A stretch of 60,581 nt of DNA from an uncultured Peptococcaceae bacterium (GTDB lineage Bacteria; Bacillota; Peptococcia; Peptococcales; Peptococcaceae), in NCBI GenBank assembly GCA_938044045.1, contig CALIQN010000110.1, positions 1 through 60,581 of the forward strand, read 5' to 3'. How positions within the stretch are numbered: position 1 is the first letter of the stretch; every line of letters starts with the position of its first letter. The notes beneath the pieces were generated by a model. The model was not told the DNA's origin. It made no database searches and saw only the letters and a list, made by a program, of their open reading frames with translations. Shown here in pieces: positions 13,035 to 21,398 of the stretch. The position numbers and the translations under genes are program-made.

Positions 13035-13589
13035 TTAGGCAAATTTTTGTTTTTTAAGGGCTTGAACCAGTCTAGGAGAGACGAGTCCAATTAAAAAGGA
13101 ATGGATAAAGGCATTCGGTAGCGGGGTAAGGATACAGGCAGCGATAACCTTGCTCAATTCTTGTGGCGCATTTAAAAAGTAAACGTTTAAGAGGTAGAAA
13201 TAAATCGTGCCTAAAAGGTAGACTGGGACTAGGGCAATAAAAGAAATGAGCGTATAGCCTAAAAAACTTTTAACTTGGAAGCGCTCTTTTAGGTAGCCTG
13301 CCAAAAAACCACCGACGATAAAGCCGATAATGTAGCCAAAGGTAGGTTTCGCAAGATAACCAATGCCTCCTCCACCGGTGAAAACAGGAATACCGACAAG
13401 CCCTAGGGTAAGGTAGAGGGCAGAAGCAGCAGCACCGATTTTTTTGCCAAAAATGGCACCTGCTAAGATGACAAAAAAGGCTTGAAAGGTTAAGGGTACT
13501 GGTTGTAAAGGGATGGTGATGTAGCGTCCGACGATGATTAAGACCGTCATTAGGGCAGTTGTGGTTAAAAATCTGGTGTTTGTTGTCAT
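13035..13589 (-). CDS. bioY: biotin transporter S-component BioY
   Basis: 184 aa, about 6 TM. PVPLTFQAFFVILAGAIFG and GGIGYLAKPTFGYIIGF are BioY-like. Confidence 0.88.
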   Translation of the reverse strand: MTTNTRFLTTTALMTVLIIVGRYITIPLQPVPLTFQAFFVILAGAIFGKKIGAAASALYLTLGLVGIPVFTGGGGIGYLAKPTFGYIIGFIVGGFLAGYLKERFQVKSFLGYTLISFIALVPVYLLGTIYFYLLNVYFLNAPQELSKVIAACILTPLPNAFIHSFLIGLVSPRLVQALKKQKFA

Positions 13590-13683
13590 GGTAACTAACC
13601 TCCATATCTAAAATTGCAAAGCCTATCTTAAAAGAAAAGTTTACATATTTCAAGAGAAAGTTTACAAAAAAGGAGAAATTTTG

Positions 13684-14352
13684 ATGGCATTTTTATATAA
13701 TGATTGGCAGGACTACCTAAAAGAGGAGTTTGAAAAGCCGTATTATCTGAATTTACGGGATTTTTTAAAAGAGGCCTATACAAGGGAGAGAATTTTTCCT
13801 CCGGCAAAAGAAATCTACCAAGCCTTACACCTGACCAGTTACGAGGAGACTAAGGTCGTTATCTTGGGTCAAGACCCTTATCATGGCGAGGGTCAAGCCC
13901 ATGGGCTTGCCTTTTCTGTGCGTGAGGGAATGCGTTTTCCACCATCTTTAGTGAATATTTTTAAGGAGCTAGAGGCTGACCTTGGTTGTCCTTACCCAAG
14001 TTCAGGGGATTTGACGCCTTGGGCAAAAGAGGGGGTACTACTTTTAAACACGACCTTAACTGTCAAGGAAAAAACACCCCTTAGTCACAAAGACAAGGGT
14101 TGGGAGACATTGACCGATAGCATTATCAAAGTCTTAGCCCAAAAAGAAAGCCCCCTTGTTTTTATCCTCTGGGGGGCAAATGCTAGAGCCAAGAAAGCCT
14201 ATCTCAAGGATACGCCTCATCTCATTATTGAAAGCGCTCACCCGAGTCCCTTATCAGCCCATCGTGGTTTTTTTGGTTCCAAGCCTTTTAGCAAGTGCAA
14301 TGCCTTTTTGAAAAGCGTAGGTCAAGAGGAGATTGATTGGTGCTTGCTGTAA
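13684..14352 (+). CDS. ung: uracil-DNA glycosylase
   Basis: VVILGQDPYHG and AHPSPLSA motifs. Confidence 0.96.
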   Translation: MAFLYNDWQDYLKEEFEKPYYLNLRDFLKEAYTRERIFPPAKEIYQALHLTSYEETKVVILGQDPYHGEGQAHGLAFSVREGMRFPPSLVNIFKELEADLGCPYPSSGDLTPWAKEGVLLLNTTLTVKEKTPLSHKDKGWETLTDSIIKVLAQKESPLVFILWGANARAKKAYLKDTPHLIIESAHPSPLSAHRGFFGSKPFSKCNAFLKSVGQEEIDWCLL

Positions 14353-14396
14353 GGGAAGACGATAAAAATTTTATTTAAAAAATTGCAGAAAATAGA

Positions 14397-14547
14397 TTGA
14401 CCATTAAAATAGGCTGTGCTATTCTTCTTTCAAATTAAATGTTACCTGCTTTTGCTAGCCCTGCCACTCGAGCATTTTACAGGCGAACCTCGTGCATTTA
14501 ATTGTCCCTTAATGTTCAGGTAGTTTTTTAGAAAGAAGGTCAAGACG
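14397..14547 (+). promoter_or_regulatory. promoter plus a structured 5' leader of about 115 nt (candidate riboregulator)
   Basis: TTGACC-17-TGcTATTCT promoter. Helix 14433..14441 / 14495..14503. Outer helix TACCTG (14443..14448) / CAGGTA (14517..14522) followed by T6. Confidence 0.3.
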
Positions 14548-14808
14548 ATGACGGATTCAAAATGGTTAACGATATTAGGTTGGGTAGCAACCTGCACAGC
14601 GATGCTCATGTACATTTCTTATTTCCCACAGATTGTCAGTAACCTCCATGGGGATAAGAGCGGCTTTTTACAGCCAACTGTGGCAGCGATTAACTGCATC
14701 TTGTGGGTAAGCTATGGTTTTTTTAGAGAAAAGAAAGACTGGCCAATCATTGTTGCCAATTTACCAGGGGTAGTCTTTGGTACCCTTGCGGCAATTACAG
14801 CCCTATAA
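14548..14808 (+). CDS. SemiSWEET-type (PQ-loop) 3-TM transporter
   Basis: 86 aa, 3 TM, with YFPQIVSN PQ motif in TM1. Confidence 0.7.
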   Translation: MTDSKWLTILGWVATCTAMLMYISYFPQIVSNLHGDKSGFLQPTVAAINCILWVSYGFFREKKDWPIIVANLPGVVFGTLAAITAL

Positions 14809-14812
14809 AAAT

Positions 14813-14850
14813 AAAAAGACTTCAGCATTTAAAGGCTGAAGTCTTTTTGT
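14813..14850 (+). terminator. intrinsic terminator (copy 1 of a duplicated 36-nt hairpin)
   Basis: AGACTTCAGC / GCTGAAGTCT stem followed by T5. Near-identical to 17927..17962. Confidence 0.85.
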
Positions 14851-14988
14851 TTATTTCCTGATTTGAAAAACATAGGACAACAAAGTCAACTGGTATTTGA
14901 ATGAATTAATAAAATTTATTAACATAGGTTGACAGATTTTAAATAAAAAAGTACCATTTTTATAGTAAGAGGTGTAGATGGTATTTTT

Positions 14989-15759
14989 ATGAAAGAGATG
15001 AGTGCCATGAAAAAAATTGTGATAGGGATTTTAACTTTAGGGCTGCTCTTTGGGATAGGGGGGATGACCTTTGCTGATGAGCTAGCGGATATTTTACACC
15101 CTGTAGATCCTAAAAGCGAGCTGCCAATGATGACCGATACAGAGCTAAAAGACGTGATAGAAGATGCCGGTGATGTTAAGTTTGAAAAAAGTTTAGTACC
15201 TTTTACAAGAGCAGTTTTTAAGCACGATGATGAGACAGAAATACTTAAGCTAGTCGAGGAATATGGAAAGTATTGGTTTTTAGCCTTTATCGAAAAAGAT
15301 GTGCCAATTCCCGATGAGATGACTAGAGATAAGGGCTTATTGGAAGAGCTTAATGCTCGTCAAAAGTATTATTTTACTCATAATTTTGATGTTAATGCGA
15401 CTTCTTATAAGATGGACTTAAGTTTAGAAGATGTCATGGTAAAAGATGGTATGGCGAAGGTGATTATCAACCGAAGCTTGAAGCTTCAAAAAAAGTTTAA
15501 TGATAGTGCCTATCCGGTAGATGTTGCTTTTGGTCAGTCGGAAGGTTATATCCTGGAAAAAGTAGATGGCAAGTGGTACTTTAATAATATTATCTTTGAT
15601 ACCGATTCTTTGCCAAGTAGGATCCTGGAAAGTCTTGCCAAAACAAGTGATCCAAAGGAATGGAAAGAGAAGTTTTCTTTTGCCGTCTTACCAAGAAAAG
15701 CCTATGAAGTGCGTAATTTTACAGAGGAAATAAGAGGCGAAAAGAAATTAGAAACTTAA
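14989..15759 (+). CDS. secreted protein, function unknown (possible N-terminal part of an ancestral amidase-domain protein)
   Basis: Signal peptide MKKIVIGILTLGLLFGIGGMTFA. The ORF ends where base composition drops sharply. Confidence 0.65.
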   Translation: MKEMSAMKKIVIGILTLGLLFGIGGMTFADELADILHPVDPKSELPMMTDTELKDVIEDAGDVKFEKSLVPFTRAVFKHDDETEILKLVEEYGKYWFLAFIEKDVPIPDEMTRDKGLLEELNARQKYYFTHNFDVNATSYKMDLSLEDVMVKDGMAKVIINRSLKLQKKFNDSAYPVDVAFGQSEGYILEKVDGKWYFNNIIFDTDSLPSRILESLAKTSDPKEWKEKFSFAVLPRKAYEVRNFTEEIRGEKKLET

Positions 15760-16083
15760 TCCCAACTATAAATACTTCTCTAAAATAATAACATCTATTT
15801 TTAGGTGTTTCAAGCTCAAATTTTCCCTCCCTTAATTAATCACAAGTAACTCCTCTTTAGGACGTTATATTATCAATATATTTTTTTTACATTTTATAAT
15901 AAAAGATATATATGTCAATAGTGCTAAAATATTATATATTCCTTACTCACATATTTGCAATTAGCTATATTAAAAATATTAATTTCATAAATTTATTTTA
16001 TCAAGTTATTGACATAAACTATTAAGTTGTGATATTTTATGAAAAATAAAGTCACCCTATATAAAATCAAAGGAGTGTTATTT

Positions 16084-16812
16084 ATGAAAAATAAAGTTTT
16101 AGTGTTATTCATGGTAATTCTTATATCACTTTCGTTAAACTCTCAAGTTTATGCGTATAATTTAATCGAAGAAGAATATGTTAATGAAGATTTCTCTCAA
16201 TTCATATCTGATGAAGAAATGGCTAAAATAGATAGGGAAATAGCTGAGTTTGAAACTAGTCAAATTCAAGACTATACGCAACCTATATTATTTGGTGTTG
16301 GATATAATGGTTTTAATTATTTAGATGGTGATATCCTTGTTACACATAGCACTAGCTCTAATGGATTAACAGGTCACGTTGGAATAGTATCAGGCAATGG
16401 CGTCATTCATATTAGTCCACAATACAATAATGGACACCCTGAACTAATATCTATAAAAGAATGGTTTAGTAGATGCCCCTCTACAATGGTTATTCGATAC
16501 AAAGGTGATAGAAGTGTACCAGTTAATGCATCGTGGTATGGAAAGACCTTTTATATAGAAGGTAGAGGAAATGATAGAACCTATCGCATAACAACTACTT
16601 TAGATAATCAAAAATATGAATATTGTTCTGGATTAGTGTGGAAATGTTATAAAAATGGTGCTAATTTTAAATTTTTAGTCAAAAAACCTATCCCTCCACA
16701 TTACACAGAAGAAATGGTTGTGACCCCAACCTTTATTCAACCATATGAATTCATAAATAATAGAGTACTTAATAATTTCTCGGCTGTTCATAAAGTTAAT
16801 TGGACATTGTAA
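16084..16812 (+). CDS. secreted permuted papain-like (YiiX/C92-type NlpC/P60) hydrolase
   Basis: Signal peptide ending QVYA. His-before-Cys order: LTGHVGIVSGNGVIHI, then YEYCSGLVWKCY. Start set at the second MKNK after an AAAGGAG RBS. AT-rich. Confidence 0.6.
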   Translation: MKNKVLVLFMVILISLSLNSQVYAYNLIEEEYVNEDFSQFISDEEMAKIDREIAEFETSQIQDYTQPILFGVGYNGFNYLDGDILVTHSTSSNGLTGHVGIVSGNGVIHISPQYNNGHPELISIKEWFSRCPSTMVIRYKGDRSVPVNASWYGKTFYIEGRGNDRTYRITTTLDNQKYEYCSGLVWKCYKNGANFKFLVKKPIPPHYTEEMVVTPTFIQPYEFINNRVLNNFSAVHKVNWTL

Positions 16813-16818
16813 ACAATT

Positions 16819-17187
16819 ATGAAAAATCTATTATTTATATCTTATTTACCCTTTCCATTTATTATTGTAGTATCATCTTGTTTTGACAAAAAATACTTTT
16901 ACCTTTCTATCTTATTATATATAATTGGTATTAGCGCACAAGTTGGAAGAGGCTCAATTATTTCCTGTATTAGCTCAACTTTAATTAGTATAGTTGTTTC
17001 CTTATTTCTTGGTATGGCTATATTTAAAGAAAATCCTTGGATAGATATATCTACTTTAAGTTGGATACCTGTAGATATACAAAGAGGAATGTATAGTGAA
17101 TATTTTATACAAATTCTTTGTAAAGCTTCATTACTGTTAAATGGATTGGTTTTATTCTCTATATATTTCGATAATCGTAGGAAATAA
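16819..17187 (+). CDS. 4-TM membrane protein, function unknown
   Basis: 122 aa. Starts 6 nt after the hydrolase gene and has the same low GC. Confidence 0.55.
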   Translation: MKNLLFISYLPFPFIIVVSSCFDKKYFYLSILLYIIGISAQVGRGSIISCISSTLISIVVSLFLGMAIFKENPWIDISTLSWIPVDIQRGMYSEYFIQILCKASLLLNGLVLFSIYFDNRRK

Positions 17188-17192
17188 AAGGG

Positions 17193-17218
17193 GTGCAAGG
17201 GGACTAGTCCCCTTGCAC
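17193..17218. repeat. perfect 26-nt palindrome
   Basis: GTGCAAGGGGACT / AGTCCCCTTGCAC. It follows the stop of the 4-TM gene directly. Confidence 0.8.
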
Positions 17219-17283
17219 ATTAGACTCTTACTCACTAAAAATCAGGATACAAAAGAGTATTTTTTGTATCCTGATAAAGCATT

Positions 17284-17386
17284 TTGACAAAATTGAATTT
17301 TGGGGTATAATTTTAATAGGCAAAAATGACAGAAATGCTCATGAGAGTACAAAAAAGCCACGAGTCGTAACCTCGTGGCTTTTTCT
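17284..17386 (+). ncRNA. candidate small transcript (promoter to terminator, about 65 nt)
   Basis: TTGACA (17284..17289), 16-nt spacer, TATAAT (17306..17311). Terminator AGCCACGAG / CTCGTGGCT followed by T5 (17356..17384). The only ORF inside is 14 aa and has no RBS. Confidence 0.3.
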
Positions 17387-17419
17387 ATTCCGTTTTTGGC
17401 AAGGTGGCTTATACCTTAG

Positions 17420-17898
17420 GCTGACTACCAATTATTCATCTCTATCCAACCATTTGCAAATATAGTGGCAAACTACACCATTTTGCCATTTGGTTTTAAG
17501 GGACGAGATTGTACTAACTTTGTTTCTCAAGCGCTGTAGCAGGAGGCTTAACTAAGACAGGGGTATGGTACTATAATAGTGATGATAGTTATAGTCACTC
17601 TTGGATTGCAGTTAAGCCTTTAAGAGACTACCTTATCAATAATCATCTTGCTAAAGGGTATTATCAAAGCTTACCGCCATATCCTAGTGGCGTACCTGTT
17701 TATGGCACGTTGATACAATATTCTGATGGTAACGATTGGGTGCATTCAGCCATTATTCGTGAAATAGGACAAGATGGTAAAATTTATGTTGCTGAACATA
17801 GTGGTAACTGGATTAATAATGGTTGGGCTGGAAATAGCTCATACACTATACATGGTGATGACTTATCAAAAAAGCGAACTTTTTGGATAGGTGGATAG
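17420..17898 (+). pseudogene. 5'-truncated, frameshifted amidase-domain (PF12671-like) gene remnant
   Basis: The frame opens at 17420 with no start codon. GRDCTNFVSQAL runs into TAG at 17537. The sequence continues in another frame from 17539 (AGGLTKTGVWYYNSDD...HSAIIREIG...) to the stop at 17898. Confidence 0.7.
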
Positions 17899-17926
17899 TT
17901 GTTAGTGGGATATATGAAAAGCATGT

Positions 17927-17966
17927 AAAAAGACTTCAGCACTTAAAGACTGAAGTCTTTTTTTAA
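17927..17966 (+). terminator. intrinsic terminator (copy 2 of the duplicated hairpin)
   Basis: AGACTTCAG / CTGAAGTCT stem followed by T7. Confidence 0.85.
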
Positions 17967-18247
17967 GTCTGGTTTACACTAGAGTATTGGACGAGTTCAA
18001 TTGATGGTTGGACTGGTGGAAGTTTCTTCAGAGCAGAGGACTGTTAACTTGGATGGCGTAATATAGCGTCATTGGGGTTATTTTGCATATGTATAAAAGA
18101 CAAAAAAGGAAAATTGTGGTTTTTGCTTGCAAATTTGTCTTAAAGCGTGTATCATTTTAGATAATGTAATAAATTATATCTATATAAGCTATGCGACCCA
18201 GTCGCTAGCAAAAATTTTGTCTTTTGACAGGAGGTTACGATTTAATA

Positions 18248-19900
18248 ATGGGAAAACGTGTTTTAATCGTTGGTGGTGTCGCTGGTGGTGCATCTTGCGC
18301 TGCTCGTTTACGTCGTCTAGATGAAAGCCTTGACATCGTGATGTTTGAAAAAGGTCCTTATGTTTCTTTTGCGAACTGTGGACTACCTTACTACATTGGT
18401 GGTGCGATCAAAAATCGTCATGAACTTTTGGTGCAAACTGTACCAGGCATGCAAGATCGCTTCAATATGAAAATTTATGTCAATACTGAAGTGACAGCAA
18501 TCAATCGTGATGCAAAGACAGTCAGTGTGACAAACCTTGAAAATGGCGAAACAAGAGAAGAAGCTTATGATGTATTGGTGCTTTCTCCAGGGGCTAGCCC
18601 AGTGAAACCACCTATCGAAGGGCTTCCTGACGCTGAAGATAGAGTCTTTACTTTACGTAACATTCCTGATACAGATGCAATTTACAACTTCTTACAAGAA
18701 AAAGCACCAAAGGTAGCTACCATCATCGGTGGTGGTTTCATCGGTCTTGAAATGGCTGAAAACCTTGTTGATGCTGGACTTAAAGTTCGTGTTATTGAAA
18801 TGCTTGACCAAGTTATGGCACCTATCGACCCAGAAATGGCAGCAGAAGTACACACCCACTTAAAAGAAAAAGGTGTAGAACTTGTTTTAGGTGATGGTAT
18901 CAGTGCATTCTTAAACAATGGTACTGCTATTCGTACCAGCAGTGGTAAAGAATTTGAAACTGATATGACCATCCTTTCTATCGGTGTTCGTTCAGAAAAC
19001 AAACTCGCTGTAGATTCTGGTTTGGAACTAGGTTTCAGAAACTGCATTAAAGTTGATGAATACATGCAAACAAGCGACCCTAGTATCTATGCAATTGGGG
19101 ACGCTATCGAAGTTAAAGACTGGGTCAACCAAGAAAGTGCAAACATTGCCCTCGCTGGTCCTGCAAATCGTCAAGGTCGTATGGTTGCAGATAACATCGT
19201 CTTTGGCAACAAGAAGACCTATCCAGGTACCCTTGGTAGCTCTTGTGCGAAGATTTTTGACCTCACTGTTGCCAACACTGGTACCAATGAAAAAATGTTA
19301 AACTTCTTCAAAAAGACCTATCAAGCCATTCACCTCTATCCATCTAGCCATGCAAGCTATTACCCAGGTGCACATCCAATTTCTCTTAAAGTCCTTTACA
19401 ATCCAGAAAATGGTAAGCTTTATGGGGCACAAGCTGTAGGTTATGAAAATGTGGATAAGACAATTGACGTTATTGCAACCGCAATTATGGCAGGTCTTAC
19501 TGTTTACCAATTAGGTGACCTTGAACTTTGCTATGCACCACCATACAACTCTGCAAAAGCGCCAGTTAACTTTGCTGGTTACATTGCAGAAAACATCCGT
19601 GATGGCATCAAAGTTGTTGGTTGGGATAAGATTGATGCTCTTATCGAAGAAGGCGCATACATCTTAGACGTATCCATGGAAAATGAATTTGAATCAGGTA
19701 CTTACCCAACAGCGGTAAATATTCCTGTAGACTTCCTACGTGATGAATTAGATGATATTCCAAAAGATAAGACAGTTTATGTTAACTGCCGTATCGGTCT
19801 CCGTGGTTACATCGCTAGCCGTATCTTAAGACAAAATGGCTTCGATGTTGTCAATATCGATGGTGGTTACACAACCTGGAAGAAAATGAAAGAACAATAA
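18248..19900 (+). CDS. CoA-disulfide reductase / NADH oxidase family flavoprotein with a C-terminal rhodanese domain
   Basis: GGVAGGASCAARL FAD motif, redox Cys in FANCGLPYY, GGGFIGLE NAD motif, and rhodanese loop CRIGLRG. Confidence 0.9.
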   Translation: MGKRVLIVGGVAGGASCAARLRRLDESLDIVMFEKGPYVSFANCGLPYYIGGAIKNRHELLVQTVPGMQDRFNMKIYVNTEVTAINRDAKTVSVTNLENGETREEAYDVLVLSPGASPVKPPIEGLPDAEDRVFTLRNIPDTDAIYNFLQEKAPKVATIIGGGFIGLEMAENLVDAGLKVRVIEMLDQVMAPIDPEMAAEVHTHLKEKGVELVLGDGISAFLNNGTAIRTSSGKEFETDMTILSIGVRSENKLAVDSGLELGFRNCIKVDEYMQTSDPSIYAIGDAIEVKDWVNQESANIALAGPANRQGRMVADNIVFGNKKTYPGTLGSSCAKIFDLTVANTGTNEKMLNFFKKTYQAIHLYPSSHASYYPGAHPISLKVLYNPENGKLYGAQAVGYENVDKTIDVIATAIMAGLTVYQLGDLELCYAPPYNSAKAPVNFAGYIAENIRDGIKVVGWDKIDALIEEGAYILDVSMENEFESGTYPTAVNIPVDFLRDELDDIPKDKTVYVNCRIGLRGYIASRILRQNGFDVVNIDGGYTTWKKMKEQ

Positions 19901-19920
19901 ACCTTTATTACTAGAGGGTA

Positions 19921-19952
19921 AAAGCACGCCACCTCGGTGGCGTGCTTTTTTA
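19921..19952 (+). terminator. intrinsic terminator
   Basis: AAAGCACGCCACC / GGTGGCGTGCTTT stem followed by a T-run. Confidence 0.85.
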
Positions 19953-20012
19953 TTGGAGCAAGGTATGCTAGTATGGGTATGAGTATGAAAGACAATGATT
20001 TAGGAGGTTACT

Positions 20013-21269
20013 ATGTTAAAAGAAAATTTCAGTCTTGCTGTCCTAACAGATGAGACTTTAACAACAGAAAAATTTTTGCGTGCCACAAGTGCCATTTTGG
20101 AAAATGGTGCGGGGCTACTCATTTACAAAAGAAAGTCAGGAGAGGCAGATTATCTTGAAAATGCCACCTTGCTAAAAAAAGAAGCCTTGGATAAAGGGGT
20201 GAGTTTTTTTGTCTATGACGATCTTGAGTTAGCACATAATCTTGACACTGGACTATGCTTTTCTAGTTTAGACACCTTAAAGGCAAGTGCGAAAGGTGAG
20301 ACACCTTTTGGGGTAGTCATTACCAGTCTTGAAGAAGCAAAAGAGGCTAAGGCCTTGGGCGCAGCCTTTTTACTTTATGGCAAGATCTTTGAAGAAGGTA
20401 GGCTTGAGGTGGACAAAACAGCAAGCCTAGCCCTTAGTGCCTTAGGCGTGCCAGTCCTTCGTTATGGCGGGATTAGCTCTAGTAATGTTTCTCTTTTGGC
20501 AGGGAGTGGCTTAAGTGGTGTTTTGGTCAAAAAAGCCTTGTACAGTTTGCCTAATCCAATGCTAGAGGTCAAGCGTCTAAAAAATCGCCTAGACTTTATT
20601 TTAAATGCCAAGAGCTTAATAAAAGGTATGCTCTTTGATATTGATGGGGTTTTAACTGATACCTTAGCGTTTTGGCAAAATCGTGCTGTTGAGTATCTGA
20701 AACAAAATGGCTATGACCCAGGTCCGGACTTGATCGAAATTATTGAAGAAAAGACCCTTCCAGAACAAGCTGGCTACATCAAGCACAACTATTCTGTCTA
20801 TGATGGCATTGGTGAAATGATTTATACCTGGCTTGGACAATTAGAGTCCTATTACAAAAAGGAAGCCAAGGCAAAAGAAGATGCCAAGGCCGTTTTAAGC
20901 CTGCTCAAGGAAAAGAGCATTGCACTAAAAGCCTACACCTTAAATCCTAGCGACCTTGCTTTGGCGTTGTTGAAACAAACAGGTTTGGCTACTTTACTCA
21001 ATGGGGTAGAAAGTGCTTGGAATGACAAACTAGAACCAACGGATACACGTCTTTACACTCAAGCTGGCATGAGCTTAGGGCTAGCAGGAGAAAATGTCTT
21101 GGTCTTTGAAGACAGTATCTTTGCCTTGCGTGCTGCCAGTCGTGCAGGCTACAAGACAGTTGCCCTCTATGACCCTAACCATAGCAAAAACAATTGGAAG
21201 TTGATGGTTCAAGAAGCAGACTTGGCGTTTTTTAACTTTACAGAGGTTAAAAACTGGCTAGAAAATTAA
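20013..21269 (+). CDS. fusion protein: divergent ThiE/TenI-like TIM-barrel domain plus HAD-IA phosphatase domain
   Basis: The N-terminal half aligns with ThiE landmarks (IYKRK, VYDD, RYGGIS). The C-terminal half has HAD motif I (FDIDGVLTD) and FEDSIFALRAA. Confidence 0.7.
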   Translation: MLKENFSLAVLTDETLTTEKFLRATSAILENGAGLLIYKRKSGEADYLENATLLKKEALDKGVSFFVYDDLELAHNLDTGLCFSSLDTLKASAKGETPFGVVITSLEEAKEAKALGAAFLLYGKIFEEGRLEVDKTASLALSALGVPVLRYGGISSSNVSLLAGSGLSGVLVKKALYSLPNPMLEVKRLKNRLDFILNAKSLIKGMLFDIDGVLTDTLAFWQNRAVEYLKQNGYDPGPDLIEIIEEKTLPEQAGYIKHNYSVYDGIGEMIYTWLGQLESYYKKEAKAKEDAKAVLSLLKEKSIALKAYTLNPSDLALALLKQTGLATLLNGVESAWNDKLEPTDTRLYTQAGMSLGLAGENVLVFEDSIFALRAASRAGYKTVALYDPNHSKNNWKLMVQEADLAFFNFTEVKNWLEN

Positions 21270-21398
21270 AAATAATTTTCTTAAAAAATATAAAATTAGA
21301 AACAAAAATATAAAAACTGAGGATTTTTCCTTGTCAAGTGGTAAGAATTATTTTAATCTTGTAGAGAGTTAGAGAAGATAAAGGAGGATGATGGAAAA

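Noticed and set aside
13636-13666. Direct repeat AAAGTTTACA x2 (21-nt spacing) in the bioY/ung divergent region, as a possible BirA operator
   Set aside because: The repeats are direct rather than inverted. They are more simply explained as -35-like TTTACA elements, and I cannot match them to a BirA box.
15870-15900. TTATATTAT-containing AT-rich stretch as a dif/Xer site
   Set aside because: It matches only a few bases of the Firmicute dif consensus as I remember it. It is low-complexity AT-rich DNA.
18127-18324. 65-aa ORF overlapping the 5' end of the CoA-disulfide reductase gene, and the TTG start at 18224
   Set aside because: It is out of frame with the flavoprotein gene. The canonical MGKRVLIVGGVAGG N-terminus begins at ATG 18248.
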